Assembly (NCBI RefSeq): GCF_006345805.1
Contig: NW_021836290.1
Location: 124,001-188,000 of the forward strand
Length of the DNA: 64,000 nt
Reading direction: 5' to 3'
Source: Octopus sinensis
Taxonomy: Eukaryota
Shown: one piece after another, positions 54,050 through 64,000 of the stretch
Layout of the letters: each line of letters starts with the position of its first letter
Numbering within the stretch: position 1 is the first letter of the stretch
The notes under the pieces: generated by a model
The model's input: the letters and a program-made list of their open reading frames with translations, nothing else
The model's database searches: none
What the model was told of the DNA's origin: nothing
Program-made: the position numbers and the translations under genes

Positions 54050-55000
54050 TCTATTGAATAATCTTCTATAACTATGAGACTGTGTGGAATGTTTATCTAC
54101 TTATCTCAGGAGGGCTCTTCCTAACGCAGATTTTGACGTTGAGTGAGAAAGGTGGGACCAACCAAAGGACCTTACGACAATATATAGGTGACGCAGTCCT
54201 TAAACCAGCTAACTACTAGATCTCGTTGTTACAGAGGGCCGCAGCATCAAAAATGTCTTTATTCAAAGACATACTAAAAATCTTCTTATTGACACCCTTC
54301 ATCAGGTTCTTAAACACAACAGGTATGTGACAGGAGGTCATGTTAATGTATGGCAGCCCTTCGTTGGGTTTACGGTCCGGCCTGAATGAGCCAGTACCCA
54401 AAACGAGCGAAACATCTAAAAAGTTAATTACGATAAGACTGGTTTCAATTGTAATCTAAAGATCAATTAAGCTAAGTGAATGAATCAAGTCTTCCTTAAG
54501 CTTATCCAATGTGTCCCCATTTTCGCCTCTATAGATAGCTAAAACATTATCTCTGTACAGGTTAAATGGACTGACAGGGACCTCTTATTGAAGTGTTCAA
54601 TCCTATGAAGTCGCAGATATCTGCACTGTCGAATATTGCCGTCGCCACTTCGAAAGAGTTTTCTGTGTCAGATCGTTAGACCAAGGCCGAGCATTCGTTG
54701 ATCAGTGGGATTTTCTAATTACTTCTATATCCCTGTCACTAACACCAGTAAATAAGCGCCCTTTTTAGTAACCCTTTTTATAAAGATAAAAAGTGCCCTA
54801 TATCTAACTGGGTGAACCTTTCCTACCTCAACCTTTCTTCGCCTTAAACCTTGAAATTATTTAAGGGTGTTATGCTACAAGGAGAGAAAGAATGCATTCA
54901 TAATGTCGTCGTTAATCTTCAAGATATGATTGCTTAAAGTTGGAATTAACCTTTTATTTTCCGGCGCGGCAACCATTTGCCACTTCACCTCAAACCTAAA
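54050..55000 (-). pseudogene. Highly degenerate PLE RT (Naiad-like signature)
   Basis: FDSADICDF, LYRDN, NFLDVSL..GSFRP.RKPN..PYIN..SCH, VLWLVPPFS. Confidence 0.6.
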
Positions 55001-56619
55001 ATAATATCCGAAGCAGAGAAAGGGATGAATTCACTTTGCGAAGCCGAGCGTTCTTAAGGCCACAATTGAAATGCAAAATCATGTTGTCTTGTTGACAAAA
55101 AGAAAGTCAAATAACAGCAGCAACAACAACAAAAACACGAACAAACACAACAGCAATAACAACAATAAAAACAACATCGCTAACAGAGAGAAAATAAAGG
55201 CTAAAAGAGCAGAAACAAGGACAAGAGCAAAGGTATTCGAAACTTGAAATTCCCGAGGGAGAAAAAGTAGTTAAACAACAATAACAACAACACCTTCAAA
55301 ATCTAGTTATAGCAGTGATTGTGATAGCACAATCTTTTCTTCCACCATCATCACCAACAACAACAACAATAGAAGCAATGAAAACGCAATGGAAGATTCC
55401 TAGATTGACAACCATTTATACATTGCAAAAGCACTGATACAGTTGATACCTCTTTCCACTAGCGGAACCTCGTTCTCAACACAAAAAGGCTAACTCATTT
55501 GCAGCAACCATCAAAATCGATAGCATTTAGCAAAGAGTTACTAACAGAGATTGTAGCAATATCGTTCTCTCATTGCTATCTTCACTGTTTGAGAAGAGTA
55601 TTAAGAATACTCTCGTTCGAGATTACAAACATCTTCGGCTAGTTCAACATTGTTGTAAACACTAATTCGATTGGCTGACACGTGGTCTCTACTACGTTCG
55701 CACCGCTGGTTATCACGTGACGCGATTTGCCTCCGCTTATTTTCGCGCCATAGTTCCAAGCAGCCAATCACAGCTTTCCATTTCTGAAGTTCATTTGGAG
55801 CCACATAAACCTTATAAAACAAGGTTTCTCAGACAAGTATTCGTCTTAGGTTTCAAGTCCTTCTCAGGGCTAACCTCTGACCACACAGAGCATACTCGAC
55901 CATGTTCCAGTTTCTAAAGGCAGGCGACCACCATTAATACAAGATGTTACAGATACCTCTCATACTGTTAGTGTGAAAATATCACCATGAAAAAACGGTT
56001 ACAGGATATCTATAACTAGAGAAAAATAACCAAGCAGAATATATAATGAAGACGCAGCAAAAACCAAGCGACAGACACAACTCATCGCCGAACATCGAAG
56101 GTTTAATTTGTACACAAGACAACTACAGATTCAACTATAGCGGTTAGGTGAAAATCTCACCACGGGAAAAACGGCTACAGTTAACACATCTGGAAGTATA
56201 TTCATATCAAGAGAAAGATAAACACAATGAGTGATTCAATTAATCTCAACTACGAGACGCAACATCTTGATATGGAACTCTTACACTGTACCTCATAAAC
56301 GGTAAATCAATTATCTGTTCTTGGGTTCTAGTTCTTCTAAGAACTACCTTAAGCCATCTGTTACTACCTGTTGCCAGGCTGATACCAACAACATGAACTG
56401 TGAACCAAATTCCATCGTCATTTCACTGGTCAGTACCTTTTACGCCTCACGAACACACAGACACAAAAACATGCTAACGCTTACGAACTCTTAGAATCCA
56501 CATGATTGTAAAATATGTAAAATAAATAATATTTATCTACCAACAGAAGACTTGTGTCAATTCACTTATGTCCTATTATCGTTTGTATGTATTTTATGGC
56601 TTTGAATAATTCGTTAAGA

Positions 56620-57530
56620 GTAGAACCGCGTGCAATCGTATTTCCTACACAATACGACCAAGCGTGATCCTATTTCTTACAAGATAAATAGATTAGAGGA
56701 AAAACTTGCTAGTAATATAGAAGAGATGATTAGTAAAAGTATCGAGACCGACATGCCACTGACGAAAATGGCCTTTGACCATTTCTTCAACGCGAAGCAT
56801 GAGGGCTGCGTCGTCAGAGTAAGGACCGTACGTTAAAACACAAGAAAACAAGAGTTGTCTGATGGGTCCGAGAGCGGAGTTTCGGCATGAAAAGTCACAA
56901 TTAGGCTTTTGATGGATCGGGACAGGTGCGTACCATTCGGCTCAGAATAAATACGTACGCCTTTCCGGGAGCACTTCGTTCGGCTGTTTGTAAGTTAAGT
57001 AACAAATGATGAGTTTGAAACGATAGTGAGCTTTAGTGCCTGCCTCGACATTCTATTGCGGCTCTCAGAAGAAGACGTAAAGGGAGACGATGAGCGGTTG
57101 CACAAGGTGCAAATCGCAGAGTTTGGGTGACCAGCACTACGAATTCAACGAATTCGCATCAGACTTGATTAATGTTCTTTTGTCAGATATTTGTTGCGAC
57201 TGGCTGCAATACGGAGAATTCCTAGGGCTGTGAGCCAAAGGGTGGTAACACTGCTAGGCAAGGGCGCTGACAAAAGAAAAGTCGTCGATACTTTTTAGTT
57301 CGTAACTATGGTAAAACAGAGTTGAAGATATTGTCCAAGATGTTAACGTTTGCCATCGATGGTCTGGTAAGAGAAATGCAAACGAGTGCGATCTTCAACA
57401 GATCCCTTTACGACAACTCCACTCTCCTTATACATCTCATAGAAACATTTGGGAACAATGCTGCTTCCAGAGGGGCTCTGGCCAATTTGTATCAGTCGAA
57501 AGCTGTAATATAGCAGCAGATCGAATGGAT
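56620..57530 (+). pseudogene. L1/Tx1-type LINE remnant
   Basis: FFNAKHEGCVVRVR, VVTLLGKG, KILSKML. Confidence 0.6.
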
Positions 57531-57985
57531 TATATTGGATATTATAAAACAGGAACTTTTACACCATTTATTCTTATGTATTCATATTGCTTTCTTTTTC
57601 TTTTTTCTTCTTATTCTCAATTTAATTTTATTTGGTATTAGTTTAATAATCTCCATGCCAAGTAACTTGGAAACTGTTCTGAACCGTTTTCAGAAGTTGG
57701 ATCGCTTCAATGCACAACGGTCAAAGTACACGGCCACCTAACGGAAATCACTAAAAAAATAAACTTTCCTCTCAGAACCCATTGGTTTATGAGAATAAAT
57801 GTATGGTTCGATGGCTGGATGCTGACTGGATGGATGGATGGATGCATGCATGCATGCATGCATGGATGGATGGATGGATAACAGAAGCCAAAGAAGGTTA
57901 GCATACTTATCTTTAAAAAAGTTTTTTTTTTAATTAGGAACTGAAATAAAAAGAAGTGATGTATGATTTACGTATAGAGTTAAGC

Positions 57986-60900
57986 CCCTAATAATCCAGT
58001 TAGATTAGCTGATATTCCCCAGAACCCACCACTAATTGCTACAGAAACCCTTTTGAGTGGAAATTTTTTTTCAGGTGTGAACTTTTGGATTTCAGGATTA
58101 GGCAACCAAGGTACAAACAGGTAACACTTCTTATGAAGCTATCAAGACATTTTTTGTGTTCTAACCTATGTTTTTCTAGTACATCTTTCACATGGAAATG
58201 TCTGCCAAGAGATTTAGAACTACCCTATAGTCTTACCAGGAATAGCCTCACCCCACTTTAACCTTTAACCGGCATTGTATGTACTATACAATTGGTACAA
58301 GAAGTGTGTATGATATAGTATGACCAAGTATTGGATTCTAAAGTTGGGATGTTTGTGTTGCATGTAAGACATCAATAGAGGTAATAATATTCATAATTAC
58401 ATGTAGGTTTTCCCATAATGCCTATCTTTAGGCCTATATTAATATTTAACCATTTTCTTTTGCGTATTTTGCAACAAGAAACTGACAGATGGAGCAACAG
58501 TTACACTGGGTGACAAGGGTTGTGAACGCATAGCAAAAGCAAGTCTTCAACGTGAATCCAGTATTATGGTGAAACAGCCCAAGGATGATGATTCAGAAGC
58601 AGAGAAGTTGAGACCGAAGTTGAGACTGCGGTCAATTTCATTAGAATTGATTTTAAGTCAGTTGCACAACTGAACTACACTTACCCAACTAGTCTTTCAA
58701 TGAGGATATCAATGAGGAAGCTACTAACTATATTCCAGAGTCACTATGCTTACTACTGAACACCGTATTTGTTGGAAAAGAAAAACGGTTGTAGGTGTGC
58801 TCATTGAGGCAAGCGATATTGCAGGCTGCTCGCCCCAGAGTTCTGACTGAACTATTGCAATTAGGTCCAGGTGTGCAAATGCATTCGCATTTTGCCTCAT
58901 GATTTCTGATTGACACACTGAATGCCCATGGATTCTGTAGTTCATATGCAAAAATATGAACGAAGTGCAGCAGTAAACAAGATATTAGACATTTCGGGGT
59001 TCCCCCTGGACAGTTTGTTCAATATGTGGCCGACAACATGGATCATGACACTAGGACTCTTGACGACTCTAGGACATTCCACAGAATGGGTGTTATAGCA
59101 GTTACCCAAATGTGATGGCACTTCGGTGGTAAAACTTGTGTCTGCGACAGCAGAGGAGATCGCTGCAGTAGAACATATCAGCTTTAAGACATTCATATCA
59201 CTTGGTGATGAAATTGCTAATATCAAGTATGAAGCTTTGCCAGAGGAACTCAAGCACAGGGAAAGCCCCAAGGTAGATCTCCTGTGAAAAACGTCCCTGT
59301 CAGTCCGGTTACCAAGACCAGCATCGTCGGGATACATGCAAATGTTAAACAACGGAGACCACCCAGGACAGTCATCTACCATGTTCCTTCCTACGGTTGA
59401 TATGAACTCGAATGACATGACATGTGTCAACTCAACCTTACACTTCGTTGCAGAGCATGCCAAGCGTTATGGAGCAACACCAGAGTTCACTTTTGACCAG
59501 CTCTTGTGTTTCAAAGCAACTACAATTGTGGAAAATGCTAGAGAGGATATTGATCTACATCCGATTATTTTAAGACTTGGGGGATTTCACACATTAATTA
59601 GCTGTCTGGGTAGCATTGGACACTTGATGAGAAGAACTGGCCTTCAAGAAATCTTGGAAGTGATCTTCGCTGGGAATACTGTTACCCATACATTCACTGG
59701 AAACGCTGTTGCTTGTGCCATTCATGGTCATCACCTTATAGATTCTGTCCTTCACACACTTCTCTTGAGCAGCCTGTTGGGGATCAAGTTGCCTTTATCC
59801 AATGGCAGTGTGCCACTGGAATTGGAGACTATAGGGAACATCTGTGATGATCTCCTCTCTAGCGAAATCACCCTCAATGATGTGTAATCATCTTTGTACC
59901 TGCAGGAGCTACAGCAGAAACTTGAGACACACAAGAACATGTTGGAATCGATCTACCGTACTGCACGCCGGTGACTGCAATACATGGAGATGATAGACAT
60001 CATGAGGTCATTCATGCGATCAGAACAAACCGGAGATTGGTACCTTGATCTGGAGACGTTGCAAGCCAAGCTTCCGTACTTAGCTGCCTCCGGCCATAAC
60101 TTGTGCACGAAGTTATTGCACCTCTATCTGCAGAAGATGACAAAACTGGAAGGCACACACCTCAATGTCTACCAACAGTTCAGCAAGGGACTACATGTAA
60201 AGAGGGGTGGCCGCTTCTGGATAGAGTTGCCTCCAGACCTGGTGATCGAACAGGACGTGATTGGAAGCCTGAAGACGAGTGGAAGTCTTTCTAGAGGGAG
60301 GGGAATGACAGAAACCGAAAGACTGGTCTAGTGTCTTTCAATGCCAATCTGTGCAGAAGTAAACATAGCAATGCAACAGCTGACATCCATCACATACGAG
60401 ATGAGTAAACAGCATAAAGACATTAGAAACGCGGCAAACAAGGGAGAATAGTAACCAGCCAATTGCTGTCCTTCATTGATTGGAGGTCTCCATTCGAAGC
60501 AGACTCATCCCTCTGCAACATAGTCAGTTAATGTGGATGATGCAAAAAAGGATCGGATATGATATTCTTAATGAAATGGTTGGACAACATGTGGTCAAGT
60601 ACAGTTTCAAAAGGAAAGCCCAAGCTATGACTTTTGACTCAAAGTCGGCAATCAAGACAGGTGATGAGGAAGTACAGATCGATCTTCTTCTATTTCAACA
60701 ACTCATTATTGTAGGATTTCAGGCAAAGGATCTTTCGAATCTATGAACTCTGCAACTACCCACCTGCCTTGTTCGAAGGGAAGGAAAAACTCCCGAAAGC
60801 TGTAAGGCCACAACTAGCTGATGCCGTCTGGTCCGAGGTACCACACAACCCAGCACCATGTAAAAATATTACATTCATCCTTGATGGAGGTGCCCTTCTC

Positions 60901-62779
60901 TATTTCATTCCATGGCAACTTGGTGAAACATGCAAGACATTGCAGGACTATACCAGATACGTTACAAACGCTATGGTCAGGCAGTGTTTGTATTTGATGG
61001 TTATGAGGCAGGACCTTCAACAAAAGACAGCACACATCGGCACTGAGTGGAGTGTAAGGGTAGGAAGGGAACATTCCATCTGTCCACGAAGCTCTAGTTA
61101 AAAAGATGTAATTCCTCTCAAACCAAGGAAACAAGCAACGCTTTCTTGAACCTTTTGGGAGATGCCCTGACCAAAGAAGGTTGTAAAGTTATCCGTTCCA
61201 GAGGGGATGCAGATACTCTTGTTATCCAAACTGGAGTGAGAATCTCTGAGGCAGAGAAACTGTGTTAGTCGGAGACGACACAGACCTACTTGCTCTCCTC
61301 ATCCACCTTGCAGGAGAAAACAAACATGGCAACCACTTCTGACCTGAACCAAAGAAAGAAGCAGAAGTCAGGTACATGGGTATTAATTCGATCAAGCATA
61401 AGCTTGGGGTCCAAGTTTGCATGCATATTTTCTTGAATTGTGGTACCACATCCAGGGCTTTTGGGATCGGGAAGACGGCAGGTTTCAAACTTATTTAAGA
61501 CAGCGAGGCATTTCGGGAAGAGGTGGAAGTTTTCAGGAGTAAAAGGGCAAAAAAAGGACGGTATCATTGCGGTAAGTGAGTAGGCAATGGCCACTGTCTA
61601 TAAATAGAACCCCAGTAACTCCCTCGATGATGTTAGATATCGCCGATTCCAAGCCCTTGTCACCACGAGTAATAAGGCAGTTCTTCCTAATACGTTGCGA
61701 CCAACATCAGCAGCTACGAAGTACCTATTTCTTTATTACCCACAAGGGGCTAAACACAGAGGGGACAAACAAGGACAGACATAGGTATTAAGTCGATTAC
61801 ATCGACCCCAGTGCATAACTGGTACTTAATTTATCGACCCCGAAAGGATGAAAGGCAAAGTCGACCTCGGCGGAATTTGAACTCACAACGTAACGCAGAC
61901 GAAATACCGCTAAGCATTTCGCCCTGCGTGCTAACGTTTCTGCCAGCTCGCAGCTACGAAGTACCATAGCCTGCATGTCTACCACCAAGTCCTAGAGTGA
62001 CATGGGAACACACAAAATGCTAAAGACTGTGGATGGAAGCTCTCAGGTGGAACATTTAAACCAGTCATCTCTGACTGTGGCCCTGCACCACAGTCGTTGT
62101 TGATTCTAGTGCTGTGCGGCTGCAAGTGAGGTTGTGGGACGCTGCGTTCTGGCTGCTGCTGCTGCTGCTGCTGCCAGCATGGGCTTCCATGCTCACCTGC
62201 TTGTTCAGAGTGCAGAGGTGTTTTTCAGAACAATGGCTAGGACAGGGATGACTGAAAAGGGAACTGAACAGACGGACATTGTGCACTGTAAGCTTTTACT
62301 ATACACCATATACTTGTGTCTATGTATTTTATTTGCTTTCTTTCTTATCCCCTGATGATGTCAATATAAACGAAAGCACTTGGGATTAGGAGTTTTATTT
62401 TATCCTGTGGTAAACAATTTTATTGTCGACGCATATGTACGTGCGGAAGTGGGGGAGCCATTTTTAATTTTATAGGAGGCGGGTAACTCATTCTTTTTTA
62501 TTTGAAAGATTAACCATGAAAACATAGGTAAATGGGTTCCTTGTTTTGGATTATATTGATTAGTTAAGAAGTTATGACCATTTAAAGTTGCGCCAAATTT
62601 TTAAAATTGGCAAAATAGTGATGCGTTTTCATTCTGTTATTTTACCATGTTCCACTCCGACGATTCTTTGGGACTTTTAGTATGTTATAAGAAACCTTCA
62701 TCTAAGTCAAATAACACTGGATTCGTTTTTGTTGCAATTGTTGTGGTGAGCCTAGTGTACGTTTACTGGACTGTAAGGG
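57986..62779 (+). mobile_element. Decayed unclassified DNA transposon: transposase-like core, FEN1/XPG-like motifs, CXC tail
   Basis: TFDQLL..KA..ILRLGGFH, R..GDW..L...LPYLAASGHN, DLVIEQ, ILDGGALL, VFDGY, GDADT, GDDTDLL, CGTTS..GIGK, CGCK..C..C; weak 19-bp terminal inverted similarity. Confidence 0.7.
61726..61950 (-). mobile_element. tRNA-derived SINE with 15-bp TSD
   Basis: TSD CAGCTACGAAGTACC at 61711-61725 and 61951-61965; B-box GAGTTCAAATTCC; interrupts the PTSAATKY|HSL coding remnant. Confidence 0.9.
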
Positions 62780-63414
62780 AGAAAGCTTATCTTTCATAAG
62801 GAAGATAACTTCTCAAGAAAGAGTGGTCTGTCTCCTATGAAACTGTACCTATTTCGAGGGGATATTCATCTCCTACCCCAATGATTTCACAGTCATTAGA
62901 AAGACCACAGAAATATACAAGAAAACATTTGTATAAAACATCAGAGAACAATCCAGACAGACAAAGTTCTGATCGGATTGGGGATGGAATCAAATCACGG
63001 AAAATAAAAAACAGGGAAGAAAAGAAAAGAAGACGATAGAAAAGTTGTAAAACTTACCACGATTTGTGTTTCGGTTTTACATAGCATCTCTTCACAGCTT
63101 GTGGATCTTCCTCACCTACTCTGGTCAAGGAGCTCCAGACAGTTCTAACGTTAAGCAATGCATGAAGAAGAGGAGAGAATGTGTAGAAGGATATAATCGG
63201 GGCACTGCAAGGCAATGAGGTGCTTTGGTCAATGCAAGTGGATATTTGATATGATACACACACACACACATACTCACGCACATACATACACACACAGTGA
63301 GAAATTCTTAAGTGTTAAATTCTGTACTTCATTCACCTTAAGAAAACACCTTTTGCTCATCAATAAAGGACACGTCCGACATAGTTGCAGTGAACCTCAA
63401 CCCATCTGATTATG

Positions 63415-63590
63415 TAAGTATGCATGTATGTATGTATGTATGTATGTATGTATGTATGTATGTATTTATGCATGCATGCATGTATGCATGCATGCATGCA
63501 TGTATGTATGTATGTATGTATGTATTTATGTATGCATGCATGCATGTATGTATGTATGTATGTATGTATGTATGTATTTATGTATGTATG

Positions 63591-63621
<31 letters not shown>

Positions 63622-63813
63622 GTATGCATGCATGCATGTATGTATGTATGTATGTATGTATGTATGTATGTATGTATGTATGTGTGCGTGCATATATGTA
63701 CATTCACATTTATAAATACATACTGACATGCATGTATATGCTTCTAGACAGACAGACCGGCAGACAAACTTACATATAGATAGACTGATAGATAGAAAGA
63801 TAGATAGATAGAT

Positions 63814-63859
<46 letters not shown>

Positions 63860-63900
63860 TGGATGGACGGTCAGACAGACAGACAGACAGATAGATCGAT
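63415..63900. repeat. (ATGT)n/(ATGC)n, (GATA)n and (GA)n microsatellites
   Basis: Direct reading of the sequence. Confidence 0.95.
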
Positions 63901-64000
63901 AGACACTCATGAACGGTCTTACGATTATTACCACTGTGAATGCATTAAACAGAAGTAGTTATGGTGGAGAGGTGGGTGTGAGAAAGAAAGAAAGAAAGAA

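Overview
AT-rich, microsatellite-saturated eukaryotic (metazoan) genomic DNA. The SINE/LINE repertoire suggests an octopus or other coleoid cephalopod (inference). Most of the window is transposable-element debris: an RTE LINE, a Buster-type hAT, a stack of Dong/R4 (RLE) LINEs at (TAA)n, Tc1, tandem Helitrons, a piggyBac carrying a nested CR1-type LINE, several Penelope-like elements (PLEs), L1/Tx1 remnants, several modular tRNA-SINE families, and a decayed DNA transposon with an apparent FEN1/XPG-like nuclease plus CXC tail. One host gene is supported: a 4-exon, 244-aa secreted short-chain-collagen-C4-like protein (34689-39898, +), whose 31-nt exon 2 is enclosed by an inverted repeat. The most striking signal is a set of small non-coding fold-back elements inserted in (TA)n tracts that carry minimal type I hammerhead ribozyme motifs. 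Their catalytic 3-8 positions vary (C3-G8, U3-G8, U3-A8, G3-C8). One family is a circularly permuted ~350-nt unit with covarying hairpins, a candidate PLE-mobilised retrozyme / viroid-like circular RNA. Most long ORFs in the supplied track are microsatellite artefacts. All RNA structures were paired by eye, not computed. Boundaries of degenerate repeats are approximate.
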